DNA from: Adineta vaga
Lineage: Eukaryota > Animalia > Rotifera
Reading direction: 5' to 3'
Length of the DNA: 64,000 nucleotides
NCBI GenBank assembly: GCA_021613535.1
Contig: CP075495.1
Location: 8,742,001 to 8,806,000 of the forward strand
A model generated the notes under the pieces. It was not told the origin of the DNA and ran no database searches. It worked only from the letters and a program-made list of their open reading frames with translations. The translations under genes were made by a program, and so were the position numbers. Below, one piece after another: positions 26,690 through 39,121 of this stretch (position 1 is the stretch's first letter; every line of letters begins with the position of its first letter).

Positions 26690-28276
26690 ATGGGCAAAGA
26701 TTATTATAAAATCTTAGGTAAATAATAGTTATTTTTTTGAAAACTAGAAACTTTCTTGGTTCATTTTCATATTTCTCTAGGTTTAACCAAAGGTGCCACT
26801 GATGATGATATAAAAAAAGCTTATCGAAAACTGTAAGTAAATAAAATAGTTTCATATGATGTGAGAGATTCACAAGGCTTATTCATTTAGTGCGCTTAAA
26901 TATCATCCAGATAAGAATAAAGAGGCAGGTGCCGAAGAAAAATTTAAAGAAGTTGCAGAAGCTTATGAAGTTCTATCCGATCCAAAAAAGAAAGAAATCT
27001 TTGATAAATACGGTGAAGAAGGTACGATACATAACTGAATGATATTCTTTGATGAATTCATATATATATATATGTGTCTATCTATCTATCTATCTATAAA
27101 TATATTTAGGTTTGAAAGCCGGTGGTGGTGGTGGCGGTGGTCCCGGTGCAGCAGGCCAACAATTCTTCTATTCCAATGTTGATCCACATCAAACATTTCG
27201 CATGTTCTTTGTATGTATAGAAGAAAAGAAGAAATATCTTTCGTTTACATTCGCAGTTTATTCTTTTTATAAATAGAATGGTGCTGATCCATTTGCAATG
27301 TTCTTTGGTGGTGATGGCGATGATGATGATGGACAAGGTGGTGGTTTCGGAGGATTTTCTGGTCTTGGTGGATTTCATTTTGGTGGTGCTGGCATGGGTG
27401 GACGTGGTGGTCCACAAAGTCAAATGCAACGAAAGAAAACACAAGATCCACCTGTTGAACATGAACTATTTGTTTCACTAGAAGAAATTGCATCTGGTAC
27501 AACAAAGAAAATGAAAATTTCACGGAAAGTTCTAAATCCAGATAATCGTACAACACGTATGGAAGATAAAGTATTAACTATTGAAATAAAACCTGGTTGG
27601 AAGCAAGGAACTAAAATCACCTTTCCACGTGAAGGTGATCAAAGTCCATCGACAATACCAGCTGATATTGTATTTATAATTAAAGATAAAAACCATCCAG
27701 TATTTCGACGCGATGGCAGTGATCTTCTCTATACAGCGAAAATTAATCTCAAAGATGTAAGTTTTAAAAATGAGAGAAATGACAAGTAATCAATCATTAT
27801 ATTGTTCGAATGATTACATCATATCGAAAATGTAAAGAAAGAACGAATAGAGTATTACTTAATCGAAAACTGAACGCAATTACATGTATATGTTTCAAAG
27901 AGTGGGAGACAAATAAAAAAAATGAAGGATCGTTTTCTTCTTCAAGTGACTCGATTGAACTTATCAAAATTAGAATATGATGAAAGTCAAGGATGTGATA
28001 AAATGCACTCAAATTTGATGTAATTGTTTATTTTTCTTTTAGGCTTTATGTGGAACAACAATAACTGTTCCTACACTTGAACAATCTCGTGTGCGTAAAT
28101 TACAGTTAAATGAAGTAATTAAACCAACAACAGAAAAACGATTGACCGGCGATGGTCTACCTTTTCCAAAACAACCAACTAAACGCGGAGATATTGTTGT
28201 GAAATTTGATATTAAATTTCCTGATACACTCACTAAAGAACAGAAAGAAGTGATTTCATCCACATTACGTGTCTAA
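26690..28276 (+). CDS. DNAJB4: Class B Hsp40 (DNAJB1/4/5-type), 6 coding exons
   Basis: [10 protein letters not shown]...IKKAYRKL|[29 protein letters not shown] (J domain, HPD); G/F region; [26 protein letters not shown]...[18 protein letters not shown]...PADIVF; [13 protein letters not shown]. Confidence 0.93.
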
Positions 28277-29689
28277 GGAATAGAACAAAACAAAAAAAAG
28301 CCAATAAATATCTGTCGTATTTCACTCTTTTATTTGTATGTATATTTTCCATCGTACTTTAAAACTATCCAACGAGGTTCAAACTATATATAAATATAAA
28401 TATATATTTATACAGAGTCATACTTAATGACTTTGTTCTCTGTGCATTGTAGACGATTTTTCTTCTCTGTCTCTCTTTCTTTGTTTCTTCTATGACTCTT
28501 TTTTTGTACGTTTCATTTTTTTTGTCTGCTCAAAACTCGAACACATATTTGAATGAACCACTTGGTTGTTCTGATGTGTATAATGATCTGTGAGGTATAA
28601 AAACTAAAACTATCATAACTTTCTTAATCAGAAAATCTTTGTTATTCGATTGAAGAAAAATATTTCTATGAAATCTACGTTTGATTAGCATAGACTTGTT
28701 GACGCTATATGATATTCAAATTTGAATGGTACGATTCGGAAATAAGAAATTGAATATATTGTATGCTAATACATACAATTATGAAATACTTTAATTGTTG
28801 ATACTGTTTTAATAAAAATATTTCCTCAATCAGCAACCCATGTTCATTCATAAGCCTTTAAACGAGGATTTTCATCGTAATTTGTTTTAATTAAAATGGA
28901 TTATATACTGAATAACATTTTTTCAATGCTAATGATAGATAGAAATCCAGAATATCCTATTCTATTTTAAAATTAATTCGTTCACATAAACTAAACAAAA
29001 AGAAAATAGTCCAAACGTTGAAAATAAAAAGATCAATAGAAGTCAATACATTTGCATACATGACAATTTTGAATTATAGTGAAGTGTCTAAGAATTCAAA
29101 ATGGCTAGTAAACATCACTATTCGATATTTGTGAAACTGATTTCATTTTTGACTTGTCTCATCAATTATTCTCAATTGATTGAAATAATTCATATTGAAC
29201 TTTGAAATATGCATTGCATTGCTTGCTTACTATGCAATTGTTTTACTAGCATCACCTTTTACTTCATTTTCTTACATTTCTTCTTTTTGATCATGAAAAT
29301 GATTATTTAATCAAGAAAGAATGAGTATATATGAACAATTTCAGTGTTGTCCTCTCGTTTTCGGTCATATCCGTTCGTTGTCTCTGCTACCTATGTTCAA
29401 CACATATACGCAAAAATAGTCTCGATAATTCATCTGCAAACAAAAAAAATCGTTTGAACCTCATCGATTTCTTTTCTTTTGTCCACATAGAAAACTATCG
29501 TTTGTGTTGTCTTCATTATCTCCGATAGTAGATGATCAGAAAAAGAACATGAACAACCTCAGCTAAGCTGCATGATGCAATTCAACAACTATCGCTGTTA
29601 TTCGTATCATCGAATGAAATTGTTCTAATAAATTATATACATATATATAGTTATTAAGATGAATTGGTAATGAAAACAATTAAAAATCG

Positions 29690-32303
29690 ATGTTATCTTC
29701 AAGAGAATTTGTAAGTAGATCTATTTCGTTTGTAATTCATAAAATAAAATCTGTATATTTACTTGAATTAGTTCCTATAAGAATAGGAGAAATACTTTTC
29801 AATAGTATCAAACTTAATGACCATATATTACCAATTGTATCTTCGTCTCTGAGTTAGGAGAATTATTTGAAAAAAAGGAACTCATATATTTTACTTCAAA
29901 ACTATTGTTAATCGAAGAATAATGTATATGAAGATAAGATTCCTTTTTATACTAAAAAATTTTTACTTTGAGTAAAATAAAGCATCCATACTGCACTTCG
30001 ATAATGTTGCATGGAGAAAAAATATAGATTGATATTAGACAACTAGTGACTTAGTCAAATACTGATAAGGTGATAAGGAAGAAAAGTATTAATATGCGTG
30101 TTAATGTCAGATGAAAATTTATGTTACAAGAAAAATGATTCTATTTTAAGAAATACATACTTTTCAATATGTTCCTTTAATATTTGAATATAATTTCTAT
30201 CATGATGGTTCAACTTAAAGACATGGTAAAGAAACGTTTTCTTATTTCTCATTCATTCACTTTAGCATATATGTAAATAAAATTCGATGTTGGAGAGAAA
30301 ATTTTGTTTTTTATTATGCATATTTATGAAGTTTGTCACAGATGCTAAATTCACTTTCGATTATATATTTGAAAACACAAATCAGTACAATGAAAGTGGC
30401 ATTTAAAAGTTTTCGATTACTGGTATGAATTCACACATATATACATACACTCTAGATAAAGTTTTATTTGAGACAATACTGGAAGTATACGTTGAACGAC
30501 GTATAATACTTTCCATATTGTGTAGTGAAAATTGCTCAAGAAAAAGAAATACGAGTTAGTAATTTTAAGGGAGGGAGCAGTTTGTTCTTTTTTTTCATAA
30601 AACAATTTGATGTTTATAAATTTCTTAATAATACAAATAACATGATCTGATAGGATAATCGTATGTAAATAGTAAAAATTGAGTGAGAACATCATTAATA
30701 GCTATATGTATAAACTTTATGTCAACATTGTAGAATAGACATGGAGCCATCCAATAGTAAGAATATCTAATCATCTCTTATCGATGACAATGATGAGAAT
30801 AGGTAACTTTTAAGAATATTTTTAAATCTAACTACTAGATTAGTGCTCGAGATTAAGTGATTTGATGGTAATTGGACTAATTATCACTATACTGAATTAC
30901 TGATCAATATATATACTATCTGTTTATCTCTAACCAGTTTTGAATATCATTGTAGTCTTCAAGCTTCGTTTAGAGAGTTCTTTCTCAGTAAAAATTTATC
31001 GAAAATGATCATTTCTTTCTTCTTCTTTTTCATTCGCTTCTATTATTGTACATAAACTATGATTTCATTACATAGAAACGATCTATTCCAATTGGACTTG
31101 CAATTACTAGTCTTACAATAATTACAATTTTTTACATTGGTACTTCTTCAAACAGTGATTATACTAGTTTTCCAAAATTTCGACTACCTAATGTTAACAA
31201 TCATACCGAATCAGTCGTTTCAACTCGTATCTTTTGTCTCATACTAACATCACCAAAGAACTTTCTTACTCGTGCTAAAGCTATCCATCAAACATGGGCA
31301 TCACGATGTGATCGACACTTTTTTGTCACAGAAAATGCAACAGAAACACTCACATCTGAACAACTCAATTTTACAAAACAGATATCAATTGCACCAATCA
31401 GCAATATCATCCCCGGTTATGATCATTTAACGCAAAAGTCAACATTAGCCTTTTTGTTTGCGTATAAGAATTATGCGAATGATTTTGATTGGTTCATCAA
31501 AGCAGATGATGATACATTTGTGATTGTTGAAAATCTACGAGGATTTTTGAGCAAACAAAATGCATCTGAACCTGTTACATTTGGATATAATTTTAAGGTA
31601 ATTGATTTTGACTTCGTGAAATTTTTTCTTACATGATAACAACTGATGCTAAGAATAATGGTTAACTTGTTTTGAATCGTTGCAGAGTTTTGAAATATAT
31701 TGTCAACTGAAACCTTATCTGAACGATTAATACACAATAAATCTTTTAATCAGATGCTTTATTGTTGAAAAAGTCACCTTTTTTTGACTTTCAATTCGTT
31801 TTTTTTTCATTTACAGGTTATCGTTCCGCAAGGATATCATTCAGGTGGAGCATCCTATGTATTAAGTCAAGAGTCACTACGACGATTTCATCGAGCTCAT
31901 GAAGATTCAACAGCATCATGTCGCACAGATGGTGGTGCCGAAGATGTTGAAATTGCCAAATGTCTTCGTACTCAAGGTGTTTATCCAGGCAAATCAATCG
32001 ATAGTTACAATCGTGAACTATTTCATCCACTTCCATTTGCTGATCATTTTCGTGGCTCATTTCCAGATTGGATGTTTTCGTATGCAGAAAATCCACTACA
32101 AACGGTACCCTACTATTTGACAATTTGAAATGTTTGATTGAATAGTAATGTATTTTGTTTTTCCTTAGAATTATAACTGTTGCAGTGATCAAACGATATC
32201 ATTTCATTATGTGTCGCCTGAAGAACAATACCTAATGCATTTTCTATTATACAAAGTTCGACCAATCTTTCAATTCGAAAAAATTCACGGAAAAGTCTGT
32301 TAG
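29690..32303 (+). CDS. C1GALT1: Core-1 beta-1,3-galactosyltransferase (T-synthase-like), paralog a; exons ~29690-29710, 31076-31597, 31818-32104, 32169-32303
   Basis: MLSSREF|KRSIPIG + TM segment; RIFCLILTSP....RAKAI..TWASRCD; DWFIKADDDTFVIVENLR; GYHSGGASYVLS; EDVEIAKCL; RELFHPL; CCSDQTISFHYVSP. Confidence 0.9.
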
Positions 32304-33732
32304 TTCTACAACACCGGTGATGGTATAATTCAATTATAACGCTGATTGTTTTCAGTGCTTGTTATTTTTTGTTTTTAAAGAATACAAATTCGAGAATGTG
32401 CAGCAAACATTTAGACGTATACACATCTATATTATTGTTATTGTTTTGTTTATATTAGATATTTGACTAAATAAATATCTGTATGTTTGATTTATTTTCT
32501 CGATTATAAATTTAAACTGCTGATGCCAAAGTTAGATAAATCGTATCGCTTTGGATAATAACTGCTTAGATAGTCTTTCCAAAAATCTAAATATGACTCT
32601 TACAGACATGAAATATTCTTTACGCGATGAAGATTAATTATAATAACAAGTATAGATGAAATTATATAAATTAAGATTTCATTTAGTATCACATATTCTT
32701 AATGAAAAAGGAACATATTGATATCGGTTTTCATTCTGAAATTAGTAACACCGAAACAGAGTGCATCGTTTTTTTCTATTTACGCGACGCCATGTTATAT
32801 GTAATGTACTTTTCACAATTTTTTGCAAAAAACTCTACTATTTTGTAAGTGAACAATATATCCCCTCTAGAAACAACAATGTGTATAAATTTAAATATAA
32901 AGAAAGATGATTTCATTGTTCTCACTTATCAATAAAACTGGTTAACATTTGGTGACATATTTATGTAAATATCTAGAACTGAGAAAGAATATTTTGTAAA
33001 TCATAATTATTATGTGATTCAAACGCTAGACAAAAAAAAATAGTAGATCATTATTATATTATGGGAGAAATCTATTGAAACGAATGAACAAATTCTATGG
33101 GATCAGTGTGCTCATCATCGATTTCAAACAATAAATTGAAGATATCGTGATTCTTCGCTAGTTTTGAAATTATATCCAATTATAAACATACTAAATGAGT
33201 GGTATATGTTTCGTTATCTTTTCAACAATAACCTGATAGATACTTGTAAATAAATAGCAATATTTTGATTTCTATTCTTAACATTTTATGCACTTCAATC
33301 ATTGTTTCTGCTTATTTTTTCTGTTATCTACATTATGTTCTTATTATTTCTTATTTCGATTTTATATCTGAGTGATGAAATATTACAGATTAATCTCAGT
33401 ATAAAAAACTATTCATGAAACATGCCTACCACGATGTGATCAATTCATATGAAACTTTTCACTTCACAAAGTGTGATTAACACTCCAGATCACCAATCGT
33501 AGGTAGAGTGACTGAAATATCTTCTTGTCCATTTTTAAATTTATTTTTATGATATTATAGTGTATGGTTATTTCTTTTATTGAACAGATACTTCAAAGGA
33601 ATGCACACATATGCACAACAATACAGATGAAAATGGAATACAAACAAATAAAATTTAATATATATGCATATGAACTCATAGTGAGTATTCCAAAATCATA
33701 CCATTTGAGTGAATATGGAAGTCGTTAAGAGT

Positions 33733-34528
33733 TCACGATACATATTTCATTCCAAGATGATCGATGATGGTACTCAAACCTTCCATGCATTTTCGTAAAT
33801 ATTCACTGATCACTATCGATCGAACGTTATGAACATCGGATGAACAAATGTGATTTAATTTGTTTGAAAATACCAATCGATCATTCATATCATACACTGA
33901 TTGCCATGATTGAGAATACACATTCAGAACATTTCGATATCCACACATCATATCTGTTTTTAAAATAATTTGAATACTTTTGAAGTAATTATCGATTTTT
34001 TGCTCAAAAAAGCCCTTGAGATTACGCAGATCATCGATGCTGTTCGAAAAGTAGATCATTGCATTGTGTGCTTCTAACAACAGCTTTATCAAATACTCCT
34101 AAAAAAACAAGGCATATTTCATAAAGTGTTTCGTCAATTTCATAACTATACTTTGCCGATGTTATTCTGTTGAAAGAAATGAAGATGGTAGTACGAAGAT
34201 GGGAGACTAGCATGAGTGCTGTTCATCTCGATGTTCACATATTGATTTATTTTATCAATTGTTATCCTCTGTTTGATCTACATAATACAGGAGATGACAT
34301 TTCATTTCTGTACAATCACAAATGAACATCACTTACTTCTCGTTCAATCTCGAGTGTTGTTCGAGCAATTTCTTGTGCTTTGCGTGCAATAGTTACGAGT
34401 TCATCTTTGACACACAAGATACCATCATTAATTTGACACGTATCATCAATGATTGATCGTTGTTCACTCAGTGAAATCAAACACACGAATGAAAGATAAA
34501 AAAAGGTAATTTTTGGAAAAAATAACAT
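33733..34528 (-). CDS. Secreted four-helix cytokine/prolactin-like protein, subfamily A copy A1 (exons 34528-34337, 34277-34152, 34098-33733; ~227 aa)
   Basis: Signal peptide MLFFPKITFFYLSFVCLISLS, CQINDGILC loop, canonical phase-0 GT-AG introns giving one open frame, and paralogy with A2/A3/B1/B2. The gene model is solid; the fold and family are inference. Confidence 0.75.
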
Positions 34529-35698
34529 AGATCGAGCTAAAATTTCAATTGTATCGATTTCTTTAGTCAAGTTAAAAGTTTTTTTCGTACTTGTTAACAA
34601 AATTTTCGTTTAGTTGTTGTGTTAGATTTACGGTCGGTATCAGCGGATCAGATGATGTTGGATACAATGTTGTCGAATATATGAGTGTTATAACAATGAG
34701 TTACAATAAGGAAAAACTAATGAGTTTTGTCTCTATTTCTCTCGTAAGAAATTTAACTACTATTCTGAGATTTGGAAAAATCAGTTCATTTAAATACTAA
34801 CCACAGTCAGCCTACGAGTCTTGTATATCCTCCACATAAATCAACAGTATATGATATATTCAAATAAAGTTGTCTCACAGATGTCAATTGGTTCAATAGT
34901 CTGATTCTTATCAGGAACGTGGTTACTTTGTTGCGCATAGTTTGATGTAAAATAAACTTTTTTGATTGACTCGTTATTTGTCTATAGTCACAAATCAAAA
35001 GACAAATATAATCTGTCTATAGGATTGATTCATATTCTTTTTGAGTACTAAATTAATATCGAGGCCGAAATATCTCACGACGATATATATACATGAGTGT
35101 TTTCAGATTGTCAACGCGTATTTAATTATTGAAATCTATATCATAGCACTGTTCAAGTTGCTCTGTGGTTTTATCAATACGTAAGTGTTTGCTATTGTCT
35201 ACAGTTCTAACTTCATTTTAGTTGTCATTACTTTATCCTTTATATTTAATAAATACAATTTCTGTTTTTATGTATCTGTATATGGGTTGTGTCTCATATT
35301 TTTATGAAAGTACATTGATTCAATAAATATGTACTCGAAATGAAGTCATAGAGATAACATTAATGTACACACTTTTACTTCTATTCAAACACGAACTACC
35401 AAAATCATTCTAAATATTAGTTCATATAATCAGGTATATTCACCTCCCTCACTTGTCACTGCCAGGTTTAGTCTTTCCTATCCAATAACTCGCGTATATT
35501 GACATATTTCTATTACAAACTCGACAACTTTTCGTTACCGTTTCTTTTCCATGAATAAAGATGTAGTAAATGCATGGATCTGATTCATCTACGTATCATC
35601 CGCTTCATATTCCAACATTTTTATCAGTCATTTTCATCAGTTAACAGTCTTTATTGAAATCATCATCACCGTCTTCTCACATCATCATATTTAGTTTA

Positions 35699-37112
35699 CT
35701 ACAAAAGTTTCTTTTCAAGAATGTCAACCGTATAGTTGATCAGTTCCATCCATTGTCGTAACAATCGAACAGTAATCACGATTTGAGTATGATAAATGCA
35801 TGATGTTATGTCACGTTTTCGTGTTCTTCCCACCTCGATTCCGTCGATGTCATTGGTTGACGACCATTTTTCTGCATAGGTATGAAGAATATCTCGATAG
35901 TTGCAGATCATACCTTCTTCTAAAAGCTGTTCAACCTGATGAAATAAAGCATTGTCACCATCTTCTTTCGAAGCCGTTTCAGCTTGTCGAAGATTGACAA
36001 TTGATTTGTAGAGATAACTGACTGCATAATCAGCTTCTTTGATCAGATGAACTAGATCACTCTGAACAAAACGAACAAACACGTTCATAGGTGTGAAGAA
36101 GTGAACGAAATGCACTGCTTACTTTATCGATATTGTTCATGTGCATGAACTGATCATGAGTTTTAGATGATGGAAAAGTGATGTTGAGGATGGTTGTTTT
36201 GTAGATGATGTTATTTTCGAGTGTGACCTTGTTTGGATCTCGTCGATGCTAGAAAGAAGATGAATAGATGGGTGATTGTTTGACGAAATGTTGTGCGAAA
36301 GAATATAGTTACAATGTTTTGTTCGATTTGAAGTGTAAGAGGATGGATTTGATTTGCTGTTGTGCGTATTTCTTGGAGTACCTCGCGAGCACAAAGAGTA
36401 ATTGTAGTTGTAGGACAAATATCACGATTCACTTTCCCATGTTCTTTACTGTCTACTGACAGAAACAGATTTACCAAAATGATGAAGATAAAAGTACGCA
36501 TTTGTACCATATTGCACTATATCAACAAAAATAGTGAAGTGCTGATGATTCAGCTTTAACTTTATCACACTATTATTTAAAGTCTATACAATCAGTGAAG
36601 TCCCTGACAGCCGATATTCTGATTTTCTTTCTTAGTACAATAAGATATCACGATCTCTTCTAAAACTGTATGCATAGCTGTCAATTATTGAGTCTCTAAT
36701 ATTCCTTATCCTAAAAAACCATTGCAGTGTAACGCAATAAACTCACACCTTTATACAAATGTATACGATCACTAACTAAACACTTGCACACAGATCGACG
36801 ACGTCGTTGATAAGAACAAAATAACAATTTATCTAATGCTTAACTTATATTTTCTACATAAACTGAGGCTCAGAATAGTAAGTGATCATATCAGCGTTTC
36901 TAAAAGTTTTCATTATCACCACTCAAGGAAAAATGTCAACAGCAGAAACATTCATAAAATACGATCTTATAGCTATTAGATGCATTTCTTCGAACACTAC
37001 ACACATACATCTCTAAATACAATATGAACATTTCTTCATCGTTCTACAGTAGTCTCTTCTCATTCAGAATTATATTAGTTATACAAAAGCGTCTTACCAA
37101 TTTCAAGACCAT
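35699..37112 (-). CDS. Secreted four-helix cytokine/prolactin-like protein, subfamily B copy B1 (exons 37112-37098, 36516-36313, 36248-36123, 36061-35699; ~235 aa)
   Basis: MVLKL|CNMVQMRTFIFIILVNLFLSVDS signal, ICPTTTITLC loop, 126-nt middle exon as in subfamily A, phase-0 introns, AATAAA ~45 nt after the stop. Confidence 0.75.
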
Positions 37113-37192
37113 TTGAAAGCCAACTGAACTGTAGAATTTGATGATCACTGCCACAAATATTCTTTCTGAGTCTTAATAGTCACATTTCACTC

Positions 37193-37202
37193 CTTTTATA
37201 TA
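37193..37202 (-). promoter_or_regulatory. TATA box of B1
   Basis: TATATAAAAG ending 81 nt before the B1 ATG. B2 has CATATAAAAG (44190-44199) at identical spacing although the surrounding sequence has diverged. Confidence 0.6.
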
Positions 37203-37218
37203 CAATCACATTCCCTAT

Positions 37219-37744
37219 AAAACAATCTATATCATGATTATCAAAATCGACAACACTGTTGACATGATATTTCTGGTATAAAAACCAACGTCGTTGACGT
37301 CGCATTCTACGTTTATTGTCTTGTGATTATGGCGTTTGTTTTTGTGCTTAACTTGGAAAAATACGAGATCGACTATATTTTTTTGAGAGTTGGACATAGA
37401 AATGAAATGATGGATGATGAACAAATATTGTTGTCTTCATTTTAGACGCAACAGTTGATATGAGTTTCTTGGAAAGAAAGTGAAAAAGAGCGGTTAATAA
37501 ATACATGATGATGGAAAAAAGAAGAAGATTAAGGCGAATTAGGTGGAAAGAGTCGTGTTTTCAGACATAGATGTGATAATGAAAGTGGTATGATATTTTA
37601 GTTCTGAAGAAAGATGCTGTATGATTTGTTAAGTGTAAATGAAGGCTGATATTGTAGTGGAGAGATGAATCTGATATGAAAAGAGAAGAAGTGTAAGATG
37701 AATGAGTATTGACAACATTTACTTAGATTTATTCAAAATTGAAA
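37219..37744. repeat. Near-identical duplicated upstream block of B1 (second copy ~44258-44784, upstream of B2)
   Basis: Direct sequence match from aaacaatctatatcatgattatc to attcaaaattgaaat, with only scattered substitutions. Confidence 0.9.
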
Positions 37745-39121
37745 TCTATGGATAGTGTAATAAATATGTATAATAGTATAATTTCGAATAGTCTAGTTCA
37801 CCACTGGTATTCACAATACTTATTCTGACTGAAGTTCTCGGAAAAGAAAAGGATTAAAAACACACCCATACTTCGTAGCTTATCTAAAATCTGTATTAAG
37901 TTTCAACTTTGTCCTGAATTTGACAATAGGCTTTACTTTTTTCAGCTTTGAATACTGAAAAACAGAAAATTTACGAGGTTTTAGAAACCAAAACAAAATA
38001 CTGTCACTGTGTTGTTTTTTTAACTTTGGAGAGTGATGACAAACTAAGTTCATTGTTTTGTAGTGCTTAAAAAGTTCGATTTCATAAACACGATTAGAAT
38101 TGTTTTGCAGGATAACTATTTATATGAAAATGCTTTTTCTATTATTGTGTTGATCAAAAAATACCATTTGATCATATCATTTGGAGAATGATTCCGTTTG
38201 AAATGTCTCATCATTGAGATCTAGAATAGATGTTTTGATGCGTATCTTATCGAAAATGAGATAGTAAATCATTTCAAAGATAACACATGGAATAACAGTT
38301 CACCATACATCTTTTATAATCTTATCTTACTATTATGGAGTTATAGAACCGTTAAAAGTAAACTATACTGGATAAGAAAATCAATATAACATTGAAACGT
38401 GTTGTTCATGCTGTTACTAATGAATTTATTCTAGCAATGTAAGAAGAATAATATCTGTCAAACTTAGCATGCCATTTCATATATAGATAACAGTAATACA
38501 AACGAGAATTAACTTTAGTTCGTAAAGAAGTAAAAATCCCTTTTAATTGTAGATTTTAATCATGACGATTTTCAGAATGGCTTATATAAGAATAGTTGCA
38601 GTAGAAGTAACTTAGACTATTTGAGAAATGAAAAAAAAACAAATGCATAAGAAAAATTAGTAAAGACATTACAAAGAGTAAACGAAACAATTTTATCCAT
38701 GTATATTATAGTATAATTTTCAAGATACTCAACTAGTTATTATCTTCTGACTACGAATCCTCATACTAATTGATTCAACTGGAAGTCTATCAAGAGGATA
38801 GTGACACTAGCTCCTTATGTTAGATAGCATTCGTGGGACTATAATTGTCTTAATAAACAAACCAGATCGTTTTGATACATTCAATCCTCTAAACAACATC
38901 AACAATGCTTTTAGGACAACTATATATTTGAGATACACGAGACGAATCTTATTTAACTTTTGTTTTGATCATTAAGTCAGTAACTCTTCAAATGCTAATT
39001 AATATTAGTAGTCTAGTTGTACTACTCTGTTTACACGAACGCGCATCAATCTTCAATTTGATGATTACTGTGATGAATACAAATACCGCAGTTATCCTAT
39101 AGACAATTCCTATATTTACAT

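Noticed and set aside
37227-37424. 65-aa minus-strand ORF repeated at 44266-44463
   Set aside because: Part of the duplicated B upstream block with no recognisable features; conservation reflects DNA-level identity only.
37466-37474. STAT-like TTCTTGGAA upstream of B1/B2 (also TTC-N4-GAA words near 40353 and 44221)
   Set aside because: Attractive as feedback regulation, but such short words are expected by chance every few kb in this composition and the copies are not independent.
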